Origin: Spirogloea muscicola
Lineage: Eukaryota
Length of the DNA: 48,548 nt
Direction of reading: 5' to 3'
Assembly: GCA_009602725.1 (NCBI GenBank)
Contig: WELB01000010.1
Span: 880,965 to 929,512 of the forward strand
Below the pieces are notes generated by a model. The model had not been told where the DNA came from, did no database searches, and was given only the letters and a program-made list of their open reading frames with translations. Each line of letters opens with the position of its first letter. The first letter of the stretch is position 1. Of the stretch, positions 1-10,600 are shown piece by piece. The position numbers and the translations under genes are program-made.

Positions 1-1215
1 CCGCCCGCAGCCGCTGCGCTCCGCGCCTGCGCCGCGCGGTTGTTATTGTGCGCGCAGGCGCGCTCGTGGTTGACCCGGCCTGACCGCGTGGTGAAGGTCG
101 TCTGGCAGTGCTGGCACAGCAGTGGGTCGGGCGTGCGAGGTGGGGGCGAGGGCGGTGGAGCTGGTGCGCTCGGTGCAGGCGGAGGCGGCGGTGGAGAGGG
201 CGGCGCCGAGGGCGCCGACGGCGGGGAGGGCGGCTCGAGAGGCGGGATGGTGCATGGCTGGGAAGGCGGAAGCGCAGACGAGGGAAGCGGCGGCGAGGTC
301 GAGGGGGGTGGCTGGCTCGGCGGAGGTGGACTCTGGGGTGGCGGTGGCGGCGGCGGCGGCGGCGGCGCCGGTGGTGACGGCGGCAGCGGCGGCGGCGACG
401 GTGGTGGGGGCGGCGGCCCTGGGGCGGGAGACGATATATGCTCCTCCATGGTCTGCTCCTGAGGTGAGGCTGCCAGGACCGTGGTGATGGGGCCGCAAGC
501 CGCGAGGGCCGCATCGGCTGGCTGGCACGGCGAAGGTAGACTATGGGGTGGCGGTGACGGCAACGGCGGGGGCGGAGGTGACGGCGGCGGCGGCGACGGC
601 GGTGATGACGGCGGCCGGGCGGGAGGCGATATATGCTCCTCCGGGATCTGCTCCTGAGATGCGGCTGCCAGGACAGTGGCGGTGGGGTTGCGGGCTGCGG
701 CGGCCGCAGCGGGCGTCGAGCCAGCGGGGCTGGGCCCCTTGCAGTAATTCCGGTGCGAGGAGACACCGCGGGAGTAGCGAAACCCCGCGGACAGGTTGGG
801 CACGGCACGCGCGCGGCTCCGCAGGCGGGGAAGACGCCGGCGGGAGAGATGGGGGGGGGCGCAGGTGGGGGCAATGGCGCTGGGAGGGGGAAAGGCGGAG
901 GAGGCGGCGGCGGAGGTGGCGTGGTGGCGGCATGGAAGGCGGAGAAGGCGAGGGACCGCTGCGCCCAAGCGAACTTGGCCGGGGGAAGTTCGGGACTCCG
1001 GCTCCGAAGGTGGCGCTGAGAACGCGCGGGTGGGGCGGCGGCGGGCGGCACGGCGGCGGCGGGAGCGACGGTGACAGCGAGGGCCGGCGCAGGGGCAGGG
1101 TCGGAAGGGGGCCTGCACGCCGCCGCGAACCCCATGGCGGGGCGCCGCCGGCGACGGTGCCGGCGGCGGCCCGGGGTTTAGGAGGGGTGGCGGCGGTGGC
1201 GGCGGCGCCCGCCAT
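1..1215 (-). mobile_element. Probable 5' portion of a decayed CRE-like RLE non-LTR retrotransposon ORF: Pro-rich region with two C2HC zinc fingers, running off the left edge
   Basis: Minus-strand translation gives CQHCQTTFTTRSGRVNHERAC at about 48-116 (Cx2Cx12Hx3C). It also gives CPTCPRGFATP-GVSSHRNYC at about 741-802, the same spacing with a 1-nt deletion. The frame is open from about 770 to base 1, so the ORF track misses it. It adjoins RLE fragments. A host zinc-finger gene cannot be excluded. Confidence 0.55.
327..735. repeat. Imperfect tandem duplication, about 210 bp x2
   Basis: GTGGACTCTGGGGTGGCGGTG (327) matches GTAGACTATGGGGTGGCGGTG (536). GATATATGCTCCTCC...TCTGCTCCTGAG..GGCTGCCAGGAC occurs at about 433 and about 628. 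Confidence 0.85.
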
Positions 1216-1308
1216 GCCCAAACACAATGGACAATGTCCAAACCCAAAAGACAAAATGACTACACTACAAAACACGAGACGATGCAGTTGGAAGTTCAGT
1301 ACCCGCGA
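1216..1308 (-). mobile_element. 3'-end fragment of CRE-like element (RGY* plus start of 3' UTR)
   Basis: Reverse complement CTCGCGGGTACTGAACTTCCA...TTGTCCATTGTGTTTGGGC aligns to plus-strand 2152-2258 CTCGCGGGTACTGAGCTTCCA...TTGTCCATTCTTTCTGGGC. Confidence 0.75.
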
Positions 1309-1360
1309 GGAAGAAGGACGCTTCCAGGACGCGCGGTCCGCCTGGCGGCCCCGGGGCAAG

Positions 1361-1801
1361 AGAGAAGGGCTCGCCCATTGAGGATCAGGGCTGGGTAAAG
1401 CCAGCCCAGAAAAGGATGAACAAAGGGCGAGAAGGGGGCCAGGGGAAGTACGAAGAACAAGCACTAAAACGAAACGAAGCAGCTACGAAGCACTCAGTAA
1501 CCCCTGCTACGCAACCTCAGGTCAGAGAGACTGGATTCCTGGAAGAGAGAAGGGCTCGCCCATTGAGGATGGGGGCTGGAAAAAGCCAGCCCAGAAAAGA
1601 ATGAACAAAGGACGAGAAGGGGCCAGGGGAAGTACGAAGAACAACAAGCACAGAAAAGAAGCGAAGCGGCTACGAAGCACTCAGTAACCCCTGCTAAGCA
1701 GCCTCAGGTCAGAGAGACTGGGTTCCTGGAAGCGGTTCCCCTGGCCAGAGCCAGAGGCAGCAGCGAGGGCTCTGCCTGCACGCAGGTGCAGCGCGCGGGC
1801 C
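1361..1801 (-). mobile_element. Two tandem 3' ends (about 185 bp unit) of a CRE-like element
   Basis: 1361-1545 and 1546-1731 are near-identical direct repeats. The minus strand of 1801-1682 reads ARALHLRAGRALAAASGSGQGNRFQEPSLSDLRLLSRGY*, followed by a UTR with the hairpin GGGCTGG-N6-CCAGCCC and a CCCTTCTCT end. Confidence 0.8.
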
Positions 1802-2270
1802 ATAGACAGCGAGGGCAAGGAGCGCAAGTACGCGGACCACCCTGCTGGTGATGAGTTTGCGGCACTGGCGATTGATTTGCACGGGGCTTTCGGCGGTCGC
1901 TGGCTGGATCTCCTCCAGCGGCTTGCCCGTTAGGCCATTGCCCGGCGGCCGGGTCAGCCAGGGGCGCTGCCCGGCTTCAAGGCGGCCGGCACGCTAGGCG
2001 CAAGTATTCCGCATGCGGCTGGCGGTCTCGTTGCAGCGATCCCTGGCTCACGCCGTCCACACGCGAGCAGGCCGTGCTATGGCTGCTGCATCTGGGTCTC
2101 GGCGGAGTACCTGTTCCCCTGCAGCGAATTACTCGGACTTGATGTTGCTCACTCGCGGGTACTGAGCTTCCATTTTCATCTTCTCGTGTCTGGTTGTGTA
2201 GTTTCTGTTTTCGACACCCTTTTTTTGGCTTGTGGATATTGTCCATTCTTTCTGGGCTGGCTTTTCCCGG
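1793..2270 (+). mobile_element. Decayed RLE (restriction-like endonuclease) C-terminus plus 3' UTR of a CRE-like non-LTR retrotransposon
   Basis: Translates ARAIDSEGKERKYADHPAGDEFAALAIDLHGAFGGRWLDLLQRLAR* (TAG 1931). After a frameshift it reads QVFRMRLAVSLQRSLAHAVHTRAGRAMAAASGSRRSTCSPAANYSDLMLLTRGY* (TGA 2163-2165). This fits the CRE-type RLE pattern E..K..KY...F.PLA.E..G..G...LL..LA...RL.V.LQR..A. Confidence 0.8.
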
Positions 2271-2443
2271 ACGCGGCGTCACTGGCGGCTCACATGCTCC
2301 GATGCGCACGGGGAGGGGAGCGGAGCGGCTCACACGACCTGCTCCGGAACGCGATGTTCGGCATATTTGTCGAAGCCAGTTACACTGTGGCGCTGGAGAA
2401 CTCCAGCATCATGCCTCTGACTGCTGGGGCGGACGGCCGCCTC
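2271..2443 (+). mobile_element. CRE-like Zn-knuckle to RLE linker fragment, falsely fused to SufE in ORF 2186..3190
   Basis: DAASLAAHMLRCARGGERSGSHDLLRNAMFGIFVEASYTVALE...DGRL resembles the H..RC..GG.R..RHD.LRD...AG..V..E...RPD motif of RLE retroelements. It ends at the N at 2444. Confidence 0.7.
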
Positions 2444-2444
2444 N

Positions 2445-3755
2445 CGGCGCTGCAGAAGATCGTGCGGGGCTTCCAGGGGGTCCCGGACCCCCGCATGCGC
2501 TACCAGCAGCTGCTCTACTACGCCACCAAGCTCAAGCCGCTGGGCAAGGAGCACCAGGTGGCCGCGAACAAGGTCACCGGCTGCGTGTCGCAGGTGTGGG
2601 TGCTGCCGGCGCTGCGCGACGGCCGCATCTACTTCCAGGCTGAGTCGGACTCGCAGCTCACCAAGGGCCTCGCGGCGCTCCTGGTGGAGGGCCTGAGCGG
2701 CGCGACGCCGAAGGAGGTCCTCCGGATCACCCCCGACTTCATCCAGCAGCTCGGGCTGAAGCAGAGCCTCACGCCCTCCCGCAGCAACGGCTTCCTCAAC
2801 ATGCTCAAGCTCATGCAGAAGAAGACGCTGGAGCTCACCATGGAGGCCGAGTGCGCAACCGAGACCGCCGACGCCGCCGCGGTCACCGCTGCCGCCGAAC
2901 AAGTGAGGCCCAGCCCCACAGACGATGCGGCGCACGAGCAGAGTGCTGGCTCCACTGGTGCGTCGCCGTCATCAGGGAGCAATGGAACCCCTGTACGCGA
3001 TGAGGTTGGCAGGGGCGCCGAGCAGGCTGGTCAGAGCAGCCAGCCAAGATACGAGGCCATTCGTGTCAAGGTATTATTTGAGCATGTCCTTGTGATCTGC
3101 ATTGATTTCCCCCCTCCCCTCAAAGTAATGGTCGGCAGTCTCGAACTTAACAGCCCCTCATATATGCGTGCATGTAGTAATACGCGTTGATTGCTACAAA
3201 GCTGCATTGTCTTCTGCTTTAATATTACCGTCAGGCAGAAGCAGGTGCATTCTGCCTGACTGACACTAATATAATTACTACCTCTGCTCGCCCTTCAGCT
3301 TGAGAAGGCACTGCAGCCAAGTCAGTTGGTTGTAGAGGATGTGTCGCACCAGCATGCTGGTCATGCTGGGGTCGATGCTGGATCGTCTGAGACCCACTTT
3401 AAGTAAGCATGAACCTCCTATTGCTGACTCCTACTCATTTGAAGAGTGCTCTATCTCGTTTCTTAATAGCTCCTGTATTTTTCTAGGCACCCCATGCTGT
3501 GTGTCCGAAGCACTTACAGTTCTCCAATCTGATAATGGGAAAGCTTCTCTTCAAGGATGCATGGTGGCTGTGATGATGTGCAGCGTGAAGGTGGTGTCCA
3601 AAGCATTTACAGGCAAGACCGCTGTGCAAAGGCACAAGGTTGTGTATGACCTCCTAGATGCGGAGTTGAGGAGTGGCCTCCACGCACTCTCGCTCGTGAC
3701 AAAGACCCCCAGCGAGGTGGAGCGTGACCTTGAACGCTCTAAGCCGCCGCTATAG
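2445..3755 (+). CDS. SUFE1: SufE1-type SufE-BolA fusion protein (Fe-S cluster assembly), 5' incomplete, 3 visible exons
   Basis: SufE domain: RYQQLLYY...NKVTGCVSQVW...ESDSQLTKGLAALL...LTPSRSNGFLNML. Exons about 2445-3070, 3299-3402 (VEDVSHQHAGHAG..ETHF) and 3584-3755 (VSKAF.GK..VQRH..VY..L...LHAL) form a BolA domain. Introns are GT-AG. Confidence 0.93.
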
Positions 3756-4689
3756 AGTCCGGCTATGTGGCCAGACTTCAGCTTCTACCTTAATATCGTC
3801 AGACACCTTGTGTGAGCATACATGCATGGACAAGCATTCGCCATAGAAGTGGCGCATGTTCTGTACGCAAGGACATGTTGACCTGACCTTCTGTTTTTCT
3901 TTGCGAAGACATGGTTACTATTCCGGCAAATTTTAGGGCTTGCTTGAAGTTTGTATATATTCTGTTCCAAAAAACTAGTCAGGAGTAAGAGAAGCTGGTT
4001 GAGAGACTGCAGAGTAGTTGACCACCTCTTTCAGCAACATCCATTTGTATGAATTGCAGCCGTCCCAACCAGGCGCCTCCTGCAGACTGCTGCTACTTCT
4101 CTGTATAGTACATCGGTCAGGTGCTACAGAGCTGCTGCTACACACACCACATAATTGCTGACACATGCTGAGTAGCACCACACAAGCCTCCTTGATGTCT
4201 GGTTGTCTGCTCTGATGACGCTTTGTGTCTATGCCAAGTACTAGAACTACTGACTGAAGAGACAAAGATGTGCTGGAGAACTTGCCCACAGGCCCCTGCC
4301 TGCTGCAGCTGAGGCTGTCCCTCCTTCTCAAATGGCTCTTTAGCTGTGTCCACAAACTGGGCCTTCCTCTAGCTTGGTCGGATGGCACAGCCAGTTTCAG
4401 GGCCAAAGCTCAAGGTATGAGCAAGGTATGAGCATAATGGCAGGGATCATTGCAAATGGCATGCTGGCGGCTGGTGGATTTGCCAAGGTGCAGAAGATGC
4501 TATATCACATGAGCCCCATAAAAAAGTTGACGGTGGCCGTGAAGGCCAGCCCAGAGAGCTTATACAGATTGATATATGGAGGCACGATGCAGTAGTGGCG
4601 CCGAGAGCCCAGCGGCTGTGTGCTGGGGCAGCTACCTTTGGCAGAGCACTTTCTTCCCTTGGGCTTCAGTATCAATGAGATTAGTCAGC

Positions 4690-5500
4690 CTGAACCCAAT
4701 GTTCTCGTTCACTCAGTTGTGAGCTGGCTTTTCACAGCCCTCGCCTCTCTGGGAGAGCTACTTCTCTTCCCTATGCTCTTGTATTGTCCGACTTCTTTGG
4801 ACCTTGCGGCTGCTAAGTAAGGTCAAATGGCGACCATCCTTCGTGGTACTTGCATAGCTGTGTCATTCACCACTATCCGGGCCACTTCGGACCTTGTCCA
4901 TTCTATGGACTCGCCTTTCACAGCCCTCGCCTCTTTTGAAAGAGCTTACTAAATGTGGACCTTGTTCTTTCTTGTGTGTATTGGAAGAGCTGTTATCCGT
5001 TGTGTATATTGGAAGAGCTGTTATCCACTGTGGGCTGGCTTTACACAGCCCTTGTAACCTTCGGAAATAGTAAGCTCTGCCAAAGGGGGCGCAGGTTGTA
5101 GAAGGCCAGCCCAAGCGAATCGACAAGGTCCAAAGGGGCCGTGAAGTGCTGAATCACACAACCAAGCAAGTATCGCGCAGGACGGTCACTTAGTAACCTC
5201 TAATGAGCAGCGCAAGTCAGAAAGATCAGCCGCCTGAAAGGAAAAGCTCTTCCAATTTTACGGCAATGGCTGTGAGAGGCCAGCGCAAGGAATGTACCAA
5301 AAAGAAAGTGGCTCTTCCAAAGGGGGCAAACAACAGCAAGGGCAAGGCCTGTGTACCGGAAAAGAGAGAAGGCGCGCGGTGCGCATGGAATGTGAGGGTG
5401 GCCAATGCAAGCCAATACATTGTTCAGGCGAAAACCAGTGCAGCGGATGGGGAGACATGAGACGAAGGCCACTACCGGAAAGCAGTTCCCTTGATGGTAG
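4690..5500. mobile_element. Cluster of at least 6 nested 3'-UTR modules of the CRE-like family in both orientations
   Basis: Plus copies near 4705, 4893 and 5030 (GGGCTGGCTTTACACAGCCC). Minus copies at 5075-5235 (includes LALLIRGY*), 5240-5330 and 5360-5430. A short duplication TATTGGAAGAGCTGTTATCC x2 sits at about 4979 and 5007. Confidence 0.75.
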
Positions 5501-5837
5501 CCGGAGGCGGCTGCTTTTTCCTCGGCCACTCTGCGTAATTGGTCACACAGCCGAACCGCTGACAGTCCGAAGGCGGCTTGGCCGCCTGCTCGCCCTGAGC
5601 CGCCCGATGCGCTCGATCGGGGGGCCAGCAGCGGGCAAGGCAGGTCCTCTCTCTTCGGGCTCTCTCTAAACCTCCTCCCCTTCACAGATAAACCCCAAGC
5701 CCCGGCCCCCGGCTTGGCGCCCTCGACGGCGCCCGCCGCCGCCGCCGCCGCCGCCGCCACTGCCGCCGCCGCCGCTGCCGCATGGCTGGCAGTGCCGTGC
5801 CGCCCGATCTGATGGCAATGGCTGCGGCGGCGGCCAG

Positions 5838-5873
5838 GTTCCCGAGCACGTACCTGCTGGTGGGCTGCTGCAA
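5838..5873 (+). other. Isolated exon-like fragment resembling choline-phosphate cytidylyltransferase (CCT)
   Basis: After a CAG acceptor it reads FPSTYLLVGCC(N), matching the recalled CCT motif FPNTYLLVGCCND. It is truncated by the N at 5874. Confidence 0.55.
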
Positions 5874-5874
5874 N

Positions 5875-7705
5875 CCGCAAGCGCTGCCAGCGCCACCGCG
5901 GCAAAGGTTCGTCCATTGGAAGGCCCCTCCCGCCTTCCCCTCCATCGCCGAGCTCCGCCTGCCTGCGAGCTCCGCCGCGTCGCCTCCCTCGGTGCGCCTA
6001 ACGAGCCGGCGCCGACCGGCGTGGAGCCGTGGGCCGACCCGGTCTGTCTGGGGTGGAGGCGGCTGTGGTTGCCGCACGCTCGGTTTTGCGGAAGCGCACA
6101 CTTGATTGTGCAATGCAGGCTTTCCGGCGCCGCTGTGCAGCGCTGCGGCTCCGCTCAGGGGCCAGCGTCCGAGGTCGATGAGTGCGGTTGTGTGCCCATT
6201 GAGCTGACGTTCGGTTGCCATGGTTCTCCAATGTGCGCCGCAGTGAAGTCCTTCCCGCGCGATGACCCCACCAAGCCTCCCAGCCTGACCGCCTTCCTCG
6301 GCTACAAGGCCGGGATGACACACATCGTGCGCGAGGTCGAGAAGCCTGGCTCAAGTATGGCCCACCTGCTACGCTACTTTCATCCCCTCTGCGCTTCTAT
6401 GGCTGAAGCGAGGCTGTCGAGAGAAGCTAAGCGAGCTTGCGCTCCAACCCCTACACAGGCTGCGAACTCGATGCTCTAATACTCAGCTCGGTAGTACCCA
6501 TGTTGTCCTGATACTGAACCCATTGACGTCCTCCTCCGACAGAGCTGCACAAGAAGGAGACATGCGAGGCGGTGTCGATCATCGAGACGCCTCCGCTGAT
6601 CGTCGTGGGACTGGTTGGCTACGTGAAGACGGCGCGCGGCCTGCGGACCCTCAACACCGTCTGGGCGCAGCACCTGAGCGAGGAGCTGCGGCGGCGCTTC
6701 TACAAGAACTGGCACAAGTCGAAGAAGAAGGCCTTCACCAAGTATGCGAAGAAGTCGGCCACGGAGGAGGGCAAGAAGTCCCTCGAGGAGGAGCTGGAGC
6801 GCATGAAGAAGTATGCATCCGTTGTCCGCGTGCTCGCCCACACGCAGGTACACAATCTCGCAATCCCTCCCCCCCTGGCTCTCCAGGGCCAGGCTCTCGG
6901 CGGCAACTATTGTCGCCTTCTTGACAGACTTCTGAGGTCTGTCCTGACTATGCTGCAGCTATGTTAGCATTGACGCCTCCCAGTGTGTAAAGACGGATAA
7001 CAGCGATATTTGTGGCCATGCAATTTGCAGCTGAGGAAGCTGACAGGCATCAATCAGAAAAAAGCGCATCTGATGGAGATCCAGATCAACGGCGGCACTA
7101 TTGCAGACAAGGTTGACTTCGGCATCAAGTACTTTGAGGCAGCAATTCCTGTCGACGCCGTCTTCCAAAAGGACGAGATGATTGATCTCATAGGGGTGAC
7201 GCGCGGGCACGGTTATGAGGGCGTGGTGAGTCGGTGGGGCGTCACACGGCTGCCACGCAAGACTCATCGCGGCCTGCGCAAGGTGGCTTGCATCGGCGCC
7301 TGGCATCCGGCGCGCGTCGGCTACACTGTGGCACGCCCTGGCCAGGACGGGTACCACCATCGCACTGAGATGAACAAGAAGATATACAAGATCGGCAAAA
7401 AGGACGATGAAACGCACAAGGCCAGCACTGAGTATGACCGCACTGACAAGGGTATCACGCCCATGGGTGGCTTTGCGCACTATGGCATTGTCAAGGAGGA
7501 CTACGTCGTCATCAAGGGCGGGTGCATGGGCACCAAGAAGCGCGTCATCACGCTGCGAAGGTCTCTGTACAAGCAGCAGTCTCGGACAGCGCTGGAGGAG
7601 ATCAAGCTCAAGTTCATTGACACATCTTCCAAGTTTGGCCATGGACGCTTCCAGACGTCCGAGGAAAAGGCAAAGCAGCTGGGGCGGCTCAAGGCAAGCT
7701 CGTGA
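5875..7705 (+). CDS. RPL3: 60S ribosomal protein L3 (uL3), N-terminus lost in gap
   Basis: Exons about 5875-5907 ([10 protein letters not shown]), 6244-6354 (VKSFPRDD...[18 protein letters not shown]), 6543-6847 and 7031-7705 ([26 protein letters not shown]...[15 protein letters not shown]). Confidence 0.98.
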
Positions 7706-8919
7706 TAGTGTGCTGCATTAGACAGTTGATTGACTGGCCCTATTTGCTCAAGATTGTGACAAATATCTGGGCCTCCTTTATTGCCTGGAAGGGGGGTATG
7801 TCAATGCTTGTTCTTTGTGGGGCGAGACTTGTGCAAGTGTCAGTTGCAATGAGATCCATGCTTTTGTTTGAAATTGGGGCAAGGCTGTGGGATAGAAGCA
7901 CCTCTGAGCAGCTAACACTCCAGAAACATCGTGAGGATCACTGGAAGAGAGCGGAGGGCGTTTCATCTTTGCCCACAATCAAGAATATGCATGATGTTGT
8001 TGGCTCGGGTATCTGCTGGTGCAACCATGTTGAAGGTTGTTCAGTCAGGCACGTAGACGGCACTAAATTGGACTTTTCTTGTGTTTAGAGCCAAGTGACG
8101 ATGTGTATACCCTGATCTTATGGCTAGGTGGCAGCCTGATTTGCTTGCTGGCTCGAATCAAGGCCGCCTGCATATGATACTCCCAGCCGTGACTCAGATG
8201 CCCAATGCAGGATGTCGGCATCTGCCAATACTGGGATGTCTGACATTCCAAGCAACGCCCCATAAACAATCAGTACCGTGCAGAATCTTCCACAATGGCG
8301 TGATAGTGACCTGGTAAGCGTTGAGGTGGCGGCGAGGAAGAGATGTTGACAGCATCTTACGGAGAGGCACAGAGTCTGCCTGACTAGCCTCAGATATGCA
8401 AGCTTGATTGGCTTATATGACAGACTGGAAAGATGCCAAGCTACCCTAGCCTAGGAAAAGGACGTCTCCCAAGTTCCTGGCAAGTGATCCACTTGCTTAC
8501 TTACTACCAACTACTCGCCGAACACCAGCTGAAGTTCGCAAGTCCACAATGCAACCGGGAAAATGGCAGCCTGTTGATATACTAGGCCAGATCAGGTTCG
8601 TTGCGCTTCAAATAGGAAGGCCCGCGATAGTGTGCTGCCTACATATCCAGGAGTGCTTGTTTGCTCGTATTTTGGTGTCGCAAGTGACCCAGTGCAAGGC
8701 TGCAACTTGTGGTCAACAAGGGCATGCTGACTGCCTGCTGTTTGAGAATGACGAGGCTGCAAGCCTTTCCCTGTAAGAATGTTACTCCCATTCGCAAGGA
8801 AGCTCCGAAAGTGGAAATGATAATTGCTGTCTGTTTGACTCAAGCAAGAGCTTAGATGCGAGCTACATGTGAGTAATGCATCCATCCGTGCAAAGCTCCT
8901 CACATAAAGAGTGTTGCAC

Positions 8920-9830
8920 AGGCCCTCTGCCTTCGTCAATGCCCTTCTATCGTCGTAACTGGAGCAGTATTCAAGCCTCGGGACCACCTGATATTGGCGC
9001 TGATTGGCTGCAGCATAAGCAAGGGCCCTCTGGCTCGAGGCTTCTTGCAAAACAGCCATTAGATATGACACTAGATATCAGTGCAGTGAGGCTCTGTGCA
9101 CAGTGGGAGAGGCTCTTTGCTGCCAGCCAAGGAAATGTTGGGCTGAAGGTGGCCATCACGGTATGGAGGACAAAGGGGGCAGGCCGCTGACATAATAACT
9201 CGGATCTTCGCTTAATATTCTCGGATGAGCCCCTGTTTGAAAGCGATTGGAAGGAGCCTGGGCCCCCATAAGTGACAGTGCCTGTGAACTCCCGACCGAA
9301 TGTCATATGAATTCAAGTTGGGCATGAGCTCAAGCCAGGAAAGGCGAAGGCTTGATGCAGCACCAGAGAAGAGGCTACTGGACGCATCTCAGCGGCAGCT
9401 ACCACTTTGCCTGATTCCTGTTTGCCTGTTTGCCTGTTTGCTTGTGTTGCTGGCAGTCCCCATGAAAAGTTGATGGCTATTGCAGAGTAAAGCCGTATGG
9501 ATGGTCTCACTCGACTCGACGTTTACTCATAGCGATGACCATTATCCTGCCTCGGAGTGACAAAGTCAACAAGGACAGACCACCTGGTAGCAAGATGGCC
9601 AACACCGTGAGCTTCCTATGCAGGGTGTCCCAATAGCGCTGCGTCTTAGGGTCTTGCCCGCCATGTCGCAGCCGTGCACGACGGGCGTTAATGCTCGTGC
9701 TTGTTGTGATGCCTGGAAAGCACCAGTACCATCGACGTACTGCAATTTTGAGCGTTTCCTCACTCAACCGTACAGTGAGGCGCGAGTTGAGCACGAGACG
9801 ATTTGGAGGCCACATCAAGCCCATACACTG
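8920..9830 (-). mobile_element. Highly decayed CRE-like retrotransposon remnant(s)
   Basis: RLSEETLKIAVRRWYWCFPG resembles the pre-knuckle RL..EF..AVRRRL.LP.PG motif. DHP..../SAIAINF-HG resembles DHPAGDEFAALAIDLHG. QRALAYA...YDDRRALTKA resembles QRSLAHA...YSDLMLLTRG. All matches are weak and frameshifted. Confidence 0.4.
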
Positions 9831-10529
9831 TCCACGCAAAAGCTGGTGCATAGTTGGTGCCATATAAAGCAAAGCGTAGACTGAAAGGGGGGCTAAGGCA
9901 GAGAAAGCGTTTCTGGGGTGTGTGTTAAAAGATGCAGGGCCTGTGTGGCCAAGTACGAAGGCAAGCACATTGACAAATGTACGTCACCTGCTGCTAAGCT
10001 GACCCGCTCAGTAATCACGAGTCAGCACGTAGAGGTCGCTAACTGATAAGAGGAAAAAGTCGTGTATTTGAAACAATCGAAGGCCAATATGGCCAAGTAC
10101 AAAGGCAAGCACATCTCATGACGTAGCAGCTAGCATCCAGCAGCTTCTGGAGCTGCTAGAGGAGTGAGGCAGCAGCAGTGGCAGGAGGAATGGAGGGATG
10201 GGGGGGGGAAGAGGGCCGGAAGTGCCAGTTGGGACCTTGTCGACCTGTCCTGCTAGGGCTGCTAGAGGAGGAGAGGTCGCTAACTGATAAGAGGGGGGAG
10301 ATGGCGTGACGTGAAAAGCTTGCTGAAGAGGGGTCTCAGTACGCACGAGTTGTAATATACACGTTCGACAGGCTAACTTGGGGAGCCTAAGCCTGAGCAC
10401 CGCCACGGAAGCGGGTAAAAAAGCTCAGAGCCCAGCACGCTGAAACCCTATAGCTTGGGAGGGCCGCGGAGGGCGGGGAAGCGCGCGCCGGCACTTCGCA
10501 ATGGGCACCTTGCAACGGCCGGCGTGACA

Positions 10530-10600
10530 TGAGAGAGAGGCGGCGCGCGGTGCGCAGGAAATTAAAGGGTGGCCAATCCAAGCCATACATTGTTTAGGCA
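10530..10600 (-). repeat. Dispersed repeat module B (CCTGAACAATGTATTGGCTTG.ATTGGCCACCC...TGCGCACCGCGCGCC.TCTCTCT)
   Basis: The same motif is at 5360-5428 (-), 18964-19030 (+), 44481-44545 (+) and partially at about 14636-14655 (+). Confidence 0.8.

Noticed and set aside
40..1381. Gly/Arg/Ala-rich plus-strand ORFs
   Set aside because: Shadow frames of GC-rich, Pro-coding minus-strand sequence.
1361..1731. Hammerhead or HDV-like ribozyme in the tandem unit
   Set aside because: No CTGATGA/GAAA core or HDV pseudoknot could be identified by eye; only a simple hairpin.
1216..2258. Terminal inverted repeats of a DNA transposon or MITE
   Set aside because: The inverted segments are diverged retroelement 3' ends that include the RGY* codons. 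No TSD or transposase was seen.
4374..4595. LAAGGFAKVQKML (and LAAGQVSKGGQSI at about 24740) as pre-RT retroelement remnants
   Set aside because: Similarity to the CRE pre-RT motif is too weak to call without a profile search.
4979..5027. CRISPR-like direct repeat TATTGGAAGAGCTGTTATCC x2
   Set aside because: Only two copies with a spacer of about 8 nt in eukaryotic DNA. It is part of the retroelement tail cluster.
6174..6210. Possible box C/D snoRNA in RPL3 intron 1 (GTCGATGA...CTGAC)
   Set aside because: Too short (about 35 nt) with an imperfect C box. CTGAC is better explained as the branch point.
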